NCBI RefSeq assembly: GCF_000195955.2
Contig: NC_000962.3
Span: 3,870,001 to 3,902,000 of the forward strand
DNA from: Mycobacterium tuberculosis H37Rv
GTDB taxonomy: Bacteria > Actinomycetota > Actinomycetes > Mycobacteriales > Mycobacteriaceae
Reading direction: 5' to 3'
Length of the DNA: 32,000 bases
Shown piece after piece: positions 12,834-21,156 of the stretch. The notes beneath the pieces were generated by a model that ran no database searches, was not told where the DNA came from, and worked only from the letters and a program-made list of their open reading frames with translations. Both the position numbers and the translations under genes were made by a program. Position 1 is the first letter of the stretch. Each line of letters starts with the position of its first letter.

Positions 12834-13442
12834 ATGAAAGCACGCGAACTCGACGTCCCCGGCGCCTGGGAGATTACCCCGACCATCCATGTCGATTCCC
12901 GCGGACTGTTCTTCGAATGGCTTACCGATCATGGGTTCCGCGCATTCGCAGGTCACAGTTTGGACGTCCGGCAAGTGAACTGCTCGGTGTCATCGGCCGG
13001 TGTGCTGCGCGGCCTGCACTTTGCCCAGTTGCCGCCGAGCCAGGCCAAGTATGTGACCTGCGTTTCCGGCTCGGTGTTCGATGTCGTCGTCGACATCCGA
13101 GAGGGCTCACCGACATTCGGCCGATGGGACTCGGTGCTGCTCGACGACCAAGACCGTAGGACGATCTACGTCTCCGAAGGCCTAGCGCACGGCTTCCTTG
13201 CACTGCAAGACAATTCGACGGTGATGTACTTGTGCTCGGCGGAATACAATCCGCAGCGCGAGCACACCATCTGCGCCACAGATCCGACGTTGGCGGTCGA
13301 TTGGCCGCTGGTCGATGGCGCTGCCCCCAGCCTGTCCGACCGTGATGCCGCTGCGCCCAGCTTCGAGGATGTGCGCGCGTCTGGCCTGCTGCCCAGGTGG
13401 GAACAGACGCAGCGGTTCATTGGGGAGATGCGCGGCACCTAG
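12834..13442 (+). CDS. rmlC: dTDP-4-dehydrorhamnose 3,5-epimerase
   Basis: 202 aa; [59 protein letters not shown]; ATG begins 1 nt after the rmlB stop. Confidence 0.97.
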   Translation: MKARELDVPGAWEITPTIHVDSRGLFFEWLTDHGFRAFAGHSLDVRQVNCSVSSAGVLRGLHFAQLPPSQAKYVTCVSGSVFDVVVDIREGSPTFGRWDSVLLDDQDRRTIYVSEGLAHGFLALQDNSTVMYLCSAEYNPQREHTICATDPTLAVDWPLVDGAAPSLSDRDAAAPSFEDVRASGLLPRWEQTQRFIGEMRGT

Positions 13443-13524
13443 CTCGGTAATCCCTTGTGTTGCTTTAGCTTCAGCGGTCACAGCGCGGCGATTGTTGTCG
13501 GTGGCCCCTCGTAGAATTTGGGGT

Positions 13525-14193
13525 ATGGGTTCGGGTAGCCGCGAACGGATTGTCGAGGTCTTTGATGCGCTGGATGCCGAGCTGGACCGCTTGGACGAGG
13601 TGTCTTTTGAGGTGTTGACCACCCCAGAACGGCTGCGGTCTCTGGAACGTCTGGAATGCTTGGTGCGCCGGCTACCGGCGGTGGGTCACGCGTTGATCAA
13701 CCAACTTGACGCCCAAGCCAGCGAGGAAGAACTGGGCGGCACGCTGTGCTGCGCGCTGGCCAACCGGTTACGCATCACCAAGCCCGACGCCGCCCGGCGC
13801 ATCGCCGACGCCGCCGATCTCGGACCTCGTCGAGCACTCACCGGTGAACCGCTAGCCCCACAGTTGACCGCCACCGCCACCGCCCAACGCCAGGGCCTGA
13901 TCGGCGAGGCGCACGTCAAAGTGATTCGCGCCCTTTTTCGCCCACCTGCCCGCCGCGGTGGATGTGTCCACCCGCCAGGCCGCCGAAGCCGACCTGGCCG
14001 GCAAAGCCGCTCAATATCGTCCCGACGAGCTGGCCCGCTACGCCCAGCGGGTCATGGACTGGCTACACCCCGACGGCGACCTCACCGACACCGAACGCGC
14101 CCGCAAACGCGGCATCACCCTGAGCAACCAGCAATACGACGGCATGTCACGGCTAAGTGGCTACCTGACCCCCCAAGCGCGGGCCACCTTTGA
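13525..14193 (+). pseudogene. 13E12 repeat family protein, N-terminal part (Rv3466)
   Basis: 222 aa from ATG 13525 [37 protein letters not shown]; homologous frame ends near 13930, remainder out of frame. Confidence 0.8.
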
Positions 14194-14917
14194 AGCCGTG
14201 CTAGCCAAACTGGCCGCCCCCGGCGCGACCAACCCCGACGACCACACCCCGGTCATCGACACCACCCCCGATGCGGCCGCCATCGACCGCGACACCCGCA
14301 GCCAAGCCCAACGCAACCACGACGGGCTGCTGGCCGGGCTGCGCGCGCTGATCGCCTCCGGGAAACTGGGCCAACACAACGGTCTTCCCGTCTCGATCGT
14401 GGTCACCACCACCCTGACCGACCTGCAAACCGGCGCCGGCAAGGGCTTCACCGGCGGCGGCACCCTGCTACCCATGGCCGATGTGATCCGCATGACCAGC
14501 CACGCCCACCACTACTCCCCCGCAAGCGGGAGGTACCCCCAGGCGATCTTCGACCACGGCACACCCCTGGCGCTGTATCACACCAAACGCCTAGCCTCCC
14601 CGGCCCAGCGGATCATGCTGTTCGCCAACGACCGCGGCTGCACCAAACCCGGCTGTGACGCACCGGCCTACCACAGCCAAGCCCACCACGTCACCGCCTG
14701 GACCAGCACCGGACGCACCGACATCACCGAGCTGACCCTGGCCTGCGGCCCCGACAACCGACTCGCCGAAAAAGGCTGGACCACCCACAACAACACCCAC
14801 GGCCACACCGAATGGCTACCACCACCCCACCTCGACCACGGCCAACCCCGCACCAACACCTTCCACCACCCCGAACGATTCCTCCACAACCAAGACGACG
14901 ACGACAAACCCGATTGA
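13964..14917 (+). pseudogene. 13E12 repeat family protein, C-terminal part with HNH nuclease-like motif (Rv3467)
   Basis: [49 protein letters not shown]; [47 protein letters not shown] (HNH/CxxC); start codon uncertain (ATG 13958 also possible). Confidence 0.8.
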
Positions 14918-14974
14918 CCCCCAGCAGTCAAAGCCACACGCCACAACGCCGCACAACCATAAACACCGAGTCCG

Positions 14975-15964
14975 TCAGGGCCTGGCCGGAGCAAACACGC
15001 CACGGTGGTAGGAGCTGTGGGCATATGCCTTGGAGCCCACCAGTTGTGACAACGGCGTGTGCACCGACTGCCCGCGTGCGAGTCTGGCGGCGACCGCGTT
15101 TAGGTCGAACCGCGGACGCCAGTTCAAGTCACGGCGAGCGCGGGAGTTAACGTACACGCGGTCGAGGCGGTCGGGGAAGCGCCAACCACGCTGGGTCCAC
15201 ACAGCCGCGGCCAGCGGTACCCGCCGGGCGAACACCGATGCCGCGTCGGTGCGCAGCTGCGTCAGGTCATCACGGGTAAACGGTGTGGTCGCCGACACCA
15301 GATAGCGCCCGAACCCCAGCTGGGGAGCTCGCTGCGCGGCGTTGAGGTGCGCATCTACCGCGTCTTCGAGCGCGACCCGCCGGCAGGCATATTCGTTGGC
15401 TTTGATGTTGTCCTGGCTGCGCCCGTCATACAGGTCAGGCATGTCATCGCCCTCGACGAAGAATCGGGCAACACGCAGCACGACGCAGGCCAAACCGTCG
15501 TTGCGATGTGCCAACTGGCAGAGGTCCTCGGAGCTAGCTTTGGTCACGCCGTAGATGTTCTTGGGAATGGGCGTGACGGATTCGTCGATCCACGCCGCGG
15601 GCTGGTCTGCCGGCGGTGTCAGGGCGTCGCCGAAAACGGTCGTCGATGATGTCATGACGAAGGCGCGGACGTTGGCGGCGACCGCAGCATCCAGCACGGT
15701 CTGGGTACCGATGATGTTCGTGTCCAGAAACGCCTGACGCGGCAGGAAGGCCAGTTGCGGCTTGTGATGGGCGGCCGCGTGGAACACCACCTCAACGCCG
15801 GCCATCACGTCTCGCAGCAGTGCTCGATCACTCACGCAGCCAACGATATTCGTGTACCGCGACGGTCTGCTGTCGAGGCTGACGATGTCGGCGCCCCGTG
15901 CACGCAGAGTGCGCACCAGCGCCTCGCCCAGGTGACCGGAGCTGCCGGTAACCAGGGTACGCAT
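14975..15964 (-). CDS. NAD-dependent epimerase/dehydratase, extended SDR (Rv3468c)
   Basis: MRTLVTGSSGHLGEALVRTLRARGADIVSLD Rossmann motif; YGVTK catalytic Tyr/Lys; ORF open to 16069, ATG 15964 fits the fold better. Confidence 0.82.
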   Translation of the reverse strand: MRTLVTGSSGHLGEALVRTLRARGADIVSLDSRPSRYTNIVGCVSDRALLRDVMAGVEVVFHAAAHHKPQLAFLPRQAFLDTNIIGTQTVLDAAVAANVRAFVMTSSTTVFGDALTPPADQPAAWIDESVTPIPKNIYGVTKASSEDLCQLAHRNDGLACVVLRVARFFVEGDDMPDLYDGRSQDNIKANEYACRRVALEDAVDAHLNAAQRAPQLGFGRYLVSATTPFTRDDLTQLRTDAASVFARRVPLAAAVWTQRGWRFPDRLDRVYVNSRARRDLNWRPRFDLNAVAARLARGQSVHTPLSQLVGSKAYAHSSYHRGVFAPARP

Positions 15965-16072
15965 CCCGCTCTCGGCGGCGGCAGCCGTCGGAGGCGTGCC
16001 CGCGTGCAACAACAGCGGACTGGACCGCACGCCGGCGCGGACTCTCATGGTGGCTGCATGTGTTCCCACGAC

Positions 16073-17083
16073 TCACGCCCTCATTCCCACGACCACTCGA
16101 TCGATGTCTTGCGGGGACAACCACTGCCCCGCATGACTTTTCGCGGTCTGCCGAATAACGTGGGACACGGAAAGCCCCGCCTGTTGGGCCGCTGCGCGGA
16201 GGTGCTCGACCTGCAGCGAATCGAGTCCGTGGAATCCGAACGAGATCTCCCACGGATCGATGCCGTAACTCTGCGGGCTCCGGCCCAACATATCCGATCG
16301 CGCTGCGTCGAAAATCCGATCCAGGTCGACTGCCGCCAGGTGCCCGCGCCGCTGCAACGCGGCGACGAGGCACTCGATCTGGCAATTCCCGGCCCCGCGA
16401 CCGAAACCCATCAGCGTTCCATCCAGGAAATCGGCCCCGGCGTCGAATGCCTCCAAGGTGTTGGCGACGGCCATGGCGAGGTTGTTGTGCCCGTGGAAGC
16501 CGACGGAGACATCGCTGGCACCGCGGAGAGCCTCGACGTAGCGGCGCGCGTCCTCGGGCAGGAAGGTTCCCGTCGTATCCACCACGTAAACGATCCGGAC
16601 GCCCACATCGCGGGCCCGCTTCCCGGCAGCAGCAAGCACATCGGGCTCGAAGAGATGCGACTTCACCAGCTGGATCGAAACCTCCAGACCTTTTGACTGC
16701 GCACGCTCGACGAACGGCATCACCAACTCAAATTCGGTGGCGATGACACATATGCGCAGAAAGTCCAGATAGTCTCCGGCCAAATCGACCGTCTCGATGC
16801 GGGCCAGGGCCGGCACGATCACGGCACCAAGTCTCGCGTTTCGAACCACCGATCGGGCGGCGCGGAAATATTCTTCGTCGGTGTGAGCCGCCGGGCCCTG
16901 CGCCGCGGCGGCTCCGATGGTGACGCCGTGACCGATTTCAATGTAGGGAATTCCCGCTGCGTCGAGATCCCCGACAATCCTGCGGACATCGTCGTCGGTG
17001 TACTGGAAGTTCACCGCATAGCTGCCGTCACGGACGGTCGTGTCCAGGACAATCGGCTCTCTGTGGGTCGCAGTCATGAGCAT
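16073..17083 (-). CDS. mhpE: DRE-TIM metallolyase family, 4-hydroxy-2-oxovalerate aldolase-like (Rv3469c)
   Basis: 336 aa; IVLDTTVRDGSYAVNFQYTDDDVRRIV, GFHGHNNLAMAVANTLEAFDAGADFLDGTLMGFGRGAGN (HxH metal motif). Confidence 0.82.
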   Translation of the reverse strand: MLMTATHREPIVLDTTVRDGSYAVNFQYTDDDVRRIVGDLDAAGIPYIEIGHGVTIGAAAAQGPAAHTDEEYFRAARSVVRNARLGAVIVPALARIETVDLAGDYLDFLRICVIATEFELVMPFVERAQSKGLEVSIQLVKSHLFEPDVLAAAGKRARDVGVRIVYVVDTTGTFLPEDARRYVEALRGASDVSVGFHGHNNLAMAVANTLEAFDAGADFLDGTLMGFGRGAGNCQIECLVAALQRRGHLAAVDLDRIFDAARSDMLGRSPQSYGIDPWEISFGFHGLDSLQVEHLRAAAQQAGLSVSHVIRQTAKSHAGQWLSPQDIDRVVVGMRA

Positions 17084-17087
17084 CAGT

Positions 17088-17144
17088 GTCAGCCCGCACC
17101 CTTGCCGGATCCTTGATGAATTCTTGGACGCGCGGCTGGTGTCC
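17088..17144 (-). repeat. Copy A of diverged ~57-bp repeat encoding GHQPRVQEFIKDPARVRAD
   Basis: Hand codon alignment with 19207-19263: about 41/57 nt identical. Confidence 0.55.
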
Positions 17145-18817
17145 TATCGACCCAGTCCAATGTCGGGTTTGTTGATCTCTGGATCGATCGCGATATCGAG
17201 GACGCAGGGACCGGTGGCGGCCAACGCTTTTTGCACACCGGCGCGCAGCTCGCAGCGCGTATCGACCCGAATCCCTTCCGCTCCAAGGGCGCGGGCCATC
17301 GCCGCCAGATCGTTCGCGCCGATGCGAGCGACCGGCGACGGATCCATCCGCCCGCTGACCGGGCCGGCGCTGGCACTCATTTGTCCGTCGTTGAGGACAG
17401 CCCAGGTCACCCTGATCCCGTGCGCAACCGCAGTGGAAATCTCCGTGCCATGCATCAAGAAAGCCCCGTCCCCGGCGATGCATATGACGTGTTCTTCCGG
17501 TCGAGCCAGGGCCACGCCAATGGCTCCGGCGATGCCGCATCCCATGGGCGAAAAGTCAACGGTGGCAAAGAATCTGCCGGGCCGCCGCACCGGTATCCCA
17601 CGAAACGTCCAAGAAATGCAGGTACCCACGTCGGCGCATATCGTGGCGTTGGGTGCAAGCTCGCGGTCCAGTTCGTGCATCAGCTCAAGCGGGTGAATCG
17701 ATTCCCCCCGCGCTTGCGGGGTCCCCGGCAACGCCGCTGGCGCCGGCGGCCGCACGCCCACCCTCCGACAAAAGCGTGGCGGCCGCCCGCAGTTCAGGGC
17801 ATTGACGAACGCGCGCCCGGACGTGGTGATCCCGAGCGACGTAGCGACGAATCGGCCAACTGCCGATGGATCGGGATCGACATGGACGACGTCGGCTTTC
17901 AGCCCGCGCCAGCGGGGCGAAAAGGAGCGGGTAACCAACCCGCCGAAGGAAACACCGACCGCGATCAACAGGTCGCACGGTGTGTCGAAGAGGTACTCGT
18001 CGGCCCTGCCGTCACCAAATATGCCGAGCACACCCAGAGACAGCGGATGGGTTTCCGCGACGATCCCCCGCCCGTTCGGTGTGGTCGCAAAAGGAAGTCC
18101 CGCCTTCTCGCAAAACGCGACGATCTGCTCGCCGATGCCGTCCAGCCGGCAGCCATTCCCCAGCACGAGCATGGGGGCACGCGACCGATCCAGCCTACCG
18201 ATCACCTCGTCAGCGACATCAGGACCGCACGGCGCCAGGGTTCTTAGGCCCCCAAGACCGGCCGCGGCAGTTCCAAGTTGGTGAGCCGGCAGCCGCTCGT
18301 CCACTAGATCGCGCGGCAGAGCAATGTGCACCGGTCCGCGAGGGATGCTCGCCAAGGCCCGGAACGCCGAATCGATCTTGCTGCGCGCATTGGCGATCGA
18401 TTCGATGGACACCGAACAGCGGCAGAACCGGCGGAAGGTTGCGCCCAGGCCCAGTCCGTCGTCGCTCGTATCCTGCTGCGAGTGCAGGCCGAATTCTCCG
18501 ACCGCCACCTCCCCGGTCAGGATAAGCATCGGAACCTGATTCACCGACGCATTGGCCACGGCGCTAATGACGTTGGTCGCCCCAGGTCCCGCCACAAACA
18601 CCGCAGCGGACTTGCCGGACGCGCGGGCGAACCCGTCGGCCAGGTAGCCGGCGCCGCCCTCGTGCCGGGCCAACACGATCTGAAAGCCGGCATCGCGGGA
18701 CAGACGCACCAGCAACGAATCGAGCCGGGAAGTCGGTAGCCCGCATACGACCGAAATGCCGGCTGCGCGCATCCTGGCGACGAGATGATCCCCGACGGTC
18801 ACGGGAGTCACGGCCAT
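17144..18817 (-). CDS. ilvB2: ThDP-dependent enzyme, acetolactate synthase / oxoacid decarboxylase-like (Rv3470c)
   Basis: 557 aa from ATG 18817; ARHEGGAGYLADGFARASG (catalytic Glu region); GDGAFLMHGTEISTAVAHGIRVTWAVLND (ThDP-Mg motif). Confidence 0.83.
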   Translation of the reverse strand: MAVTPVTVGDHLVARMRAAGISVVCGLPTSRLDSLLVRLSRDAGFQIVLARHEGGAGYLADGFARASGKSAAVFVAGPGATNVISAVANASVNQVPMLILTGEVAVGEFGLHSQQDTSDDGLGLGATFRRFCRCSVSIESIANARSKIDSAFRALASIPRGPVHIALPRDLVDERLPAHQLGTAAAGLGGLRTLAPCGPDVADEVIGRLDRSRAPMLVLGNGCRLDGIGEQIVAFCEKAGLPFATTPNGRGIVAETHPLSLGVLGIFGDGRADEYLFDTPCDLLIAVGVSFGGLVTRSFSPRWRGLKADVVHVDPDPSAVGRFVATSLGITTSGRAFVNALNCGRPPRFCRRVGVRPPAPAALPGTPQARGESIHPLELMHELDRELAPNATICADVGTCISWTFRGIPVRRPGRFFATVDFSPMGCGIAGAIGVALARPEEHVICIAGDGAFLMHGTEISTAVAHGIRVTWAVLNDGQMSASAGPVSGRMDPSPVARIGANDLAAMARALGAEGIRVDTRCELRAGVQKALAATGPCVLDIAIDPEINKPDIGLGR

Positions 18818-19341
18818 GCCCCGATCACGGCGGCCTCGCCCATGCGCTGATCGCGTTCCGGTAGGTAGGCCGGGCCGCAGGCGCACAAGAATGTCAACGG
18901 AACTGAACCTAGGGCCCGGATTTTCTGCGGGACACCAGCCGGTATCCAGACCGCATCGCCGGGCCCGACCTCGCCAGATTCGTCTCCGACCGAAACCAGC
19001 CCGCGCCCCGAGAGAACAAAATAGATCTCATCGGTGGCTTGCAATCGGTGCCATACGGTCTCGGCTCCCGCCGCCACGGTCGCATGGGCCAGACTGACCG
19101 AGGCGACGCCCACAGTGGCCCGATCCACCAGGACCCGAATCTCGGACAAGTCCGGCGCCACGAACGGCTCTGCCTCCCTGGCGTTGCTGACGAACATGGC
19201 AGCAGCGTGTGCCCGCGCTCTTGGCGGATCCTTGACGAATCCTCGGAACGCGGGTTTGTGACCGGCGGAGAGCGCGACGGTTGCCTGCAGCACAGCGTCT
19301 GTCGACGTTGACGCTCGCTCCCGTTCGGGCCGGGTTGACAT
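18808..19341 (-). CDS. Cupin-domain protein (Rv3471c)
   Basis: 177 aa; HRLQATDEIYFVLSGRGLVSVGDESGEVGPGDAVWIPAGVPQKIRALGSVPLTFLCAC; stop overlaps start region of downstream ThDP gene. Confidence 0.8.
   Translation of the reverse strand: MSTRPERERASTSTDAVLQATVALSAGHKPAFRGFVKDPPRARAHAAAMFVSNAREAEPFVAPDLSEIRVLVDRATVGVASVSLAHATVAAGAETVWHRLQATDEIYFVLSGRGLVSVGDESGEVGPGDAVWIPAGVPQKIRALGSVPLTFLCACGPAYLPERDQRMGEAAVIGAWP
19207..19263 (-). repeat. Copy B of diverged ~57-bp repeat encoding GHKPAFRGFVKDPPRARAH (inside cupin gene)
   Basis: Hand codon alignment with 17088-17144. Confidence 0.55.
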
Positions 19342-19361
19342 CCCCCACCACCGGCCACACA

Positions 19362-19868
19362 ATGCGCCCGGTGGATGAGCAGTGGATCGAGATACTCAGG
19401 ATCCAGGCACTGTGTGCTCGGTACTGTTTGACGATCGACACCCAGGATGGCGAAGGCTGGGCGGGATGCTTTACCGAGGACGGTGCCTTCGAGTTCGACG
19501 GCTGGGTGATCCGGGGGCGGCCCGCATTACGCGAATACGCAGATGCGCATGCCCGCGTCGTGCGGGGCCGCCACTTGACCACGGATCTTCTCTACGAGGT
19601 CGACGGGGACGTCGCCACCGGGCGCAGCGCCAGCGTGGTCACTCTGGCCACTGCCGCCGGCTACAAGATCCTCGGCTCGGGCGAGTACCAGGATCGCCTC
19701 ATCAAGCAGGACGGCCAGTGGCGTATCGCGTACCGGCGATTGCGCAACGATCGGCTGGTGTCGGATCCCAGCGTGGCGGTAAACGTCGCCGATGCCGACG
19801 TCGCCGCGGTCGTCGGTCACCTTCTCGCGGCCGCGCGCCGGCTCGGAACCCAGATGAGCGACACGTAG
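19362..19868 (+). CDS. SnoaL-like / NTF2-fold small protein (Rv3472)
   Basis: 168 aa from ATG 19362; EILRIQALCARYCLTIDTQDGEGWAGCFTEDGAFEFDGW...GSGEYQDRLIKQDGQWRIAYRRLRNDRL. Confidence 0.78.
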   Translation: MRPVDEQWIEILRIQALCARYCLTIDTQDGEGWAGCFTEDGAFEFDGWVIRGRPALREYADAHARVVRGRHLTTDLLYEVDGDVATGRSASVVTLATAAGYKILGSGEYQDRLIKQDGQWRIAYRRLRNDRLVSDPSVAVNVADADVAAVVGHLLAAARRLGTQMSDT

Positions 19869-19947
19869 GGGCGACAAGCTAGGGCCGACGTCGGTGTACG
19901 GACACACGCGCTCGCGGGTTGGCTGTGCAGGACCTTCCCTAACCCCA

Positions 19948-20778
19948 TCATCGGACGCCGACATGCCGAGCGAGAAAATCTAGGACCGCCCCTGCGAAAG
20001 CGTCGTTGCGATCGCCGGCGACCATATGTCCGGCGCCGCGCACATCGGTGAACTCGACTTGCGGAAACCGCGAGAGAAATTGGTCGGCGCTTTCTTGGCG
20101 GACGATGTCGCTGACTTGGCCGCGCACGAGAAGCACCGGCACTTCGTCGCGCAGGATCGTCGCAACGGCTGCATTCATGCGGTCGACGTCGGTGACCTCT
20201 ACGGGAGGAAACGCCGCGATACCACCGATGAACTGCGGATCCCAGTGCCAATACCAGCGATCACCGCGGCGGCGCAGGTTGGCCACCAAGCCATCCGGAT
20301 CCGAAGGCCGCGGCCGATGCGGGTTGTAGTTGGCGATGACGTCAGCCACCTCGTCCAACGAGCCGAACCCCGATTCCACCCGTTCGGCCATGAACGCGTG
20401 GATCCTGCTCGCCCCGGCCAGGTCCATATTCGGCACGATGTCCACCAGCACCACTGCGCTGGCAATGCCCGGCGAGAGCTCCCCCGCCAGCAGCATCGCG
20501 GCAAACCCACCCAAGGAGGCGCCCACCAGCGCCGGCTGCCCAGGCAGGTTGCGCAGCACTTCCTGGATATCGCCGGCGAAGCTGACCAACCGATAGTCGC
20601 CTTCGCTCGACCAGTCGGATTCGCCATGCCCGCGCAGATCGATCGTGACCGCTTGCCAGCCACGTTCGGCGACAGCGGCTGCGGCCCGACCCCATGAGCG
20701 TCGCGTCTGTCCACCGCCATGCAAGAACACCACGGCACGCGCTCGCGGGTCTCCCAAGCGGTCGGCGACGATACGGAC
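19948..20778 (-). pseudogene. bpoA: Alpha/beta hydrolase (non-haem peroxidase-like), main body; 5' end severed by IS6110 (Rv3473c)
   Basis: VRIVADRLGDPRARAVVFLHGGGQTRRSWG; nucleophile GASLGG; GAGHMVAGDRND; reading frame continues across the IS6110 insertion into 22134-22175. Confidence 0.85.
20776..20778. repeat. Target-site duplication GAC (left copy) of IS6110
   Basis: GAC immediately before the left inverted repeat; identical GAC at 22134-22136. Confidence 0.85.
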
Positions 20779-20806
20779 TGAACCGCCCCGGCATGTCCGG
20801 AGACTC
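20779..20806 (+). repeat. IS6110 left terminal inverted repeat (28 bp)
   Basis: TGAACCGCCCCGGCATGTCCGGAGACTC. Confidence 0.98.
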
Positions 20807-20829
20807 CAGTTCTTGGAAAGGATGGGGTC

Positions 20830-21156
20830 ATGTCAGGTGGTTCATCGAGGAGGTACCCGCCGGAGCTGCGTGAGCGGGCGGTGCGGATGGTCGCAGAGAT
20901 CCGCGGTCAGCACGATTCGGAGTGGGCAGCGATCAGTGAGGTCGCCCGTCTACTTGGTGTTGGCTGCGCGGAGACGGTGCGTAAGTGGGTGCGCCAGGCG
21001 CAGGTCGATGCCGGCGCACGGCCCGGGACCACGACCGAAGAATCCGCTGAGCTGAAGCGCTTGCGGCGGGACAACGCCGAATTGCGAAGGGCGAACGCGA
21101 TTTTAAAGACCGCGTCGGCTTTCTTCGCGGCCGAGCTCGACCGGCCAGCACGCTAA
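20830..21156 (+). CDS. IS6110 OrfA (Rv3474)
   Basis: 108 aa; MSGGSSRRYPPELRERAVRMVAEIRGQHDSEWAAISEVARLLGVGCAETVRKWVRQ HTH-type. Confidence 0.97.
   Translation: MSGGSSRRYPPELRERAVRMVAEIRGQHDSEWAAISEVARLLGVGCAETVRKWVRQAQVDAGARPGTTTEESAELKRLRRDNAELRRANAILKTASAFFAAELDRPAR
21101..21108 (+). promoter_or_regulatory. Programmed -1 ribosomal frameshift slippery sequence TTTTAAAG for OrfAB transposase
   Basis: TTTTAAAG at 21101-21108 inside orfA; orfB lies in the -1 frame. Confidence 0.85.

Larger units (their letters stand above)
13525..14917 (+). mobile_element. REP13E12 family repeat element (coding portion; exact element boundaries not determined)
   Basis: DUF222/HNH-type 13E12 protein sequence in two frames; see the two pseudogene fragments. 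Confidence 0.8.

Noticed and set aside
13315-13524. N-terminal extension of the 13E12 ORF into rmlC
   Set aside because: Overlaps the confident rmlC coding frame; ATG 13525 fits the conserved 13E12 start [14 protein letters not shown].
17231-18247. 338-aa plus-strand ORF opposite the ThDP enzyme gene
   Set aside because: Arg/Pro/His-rich antisense frame inside a gene with clear ThDP motifs; typical high-GC shadow ORF.
20026-20697. 223-aa plus-strand ORF opposite bpoA
   Set aside because: Antisense to a clear alpha/beta hydrolase coding frame, no recognisable motif or RBS.
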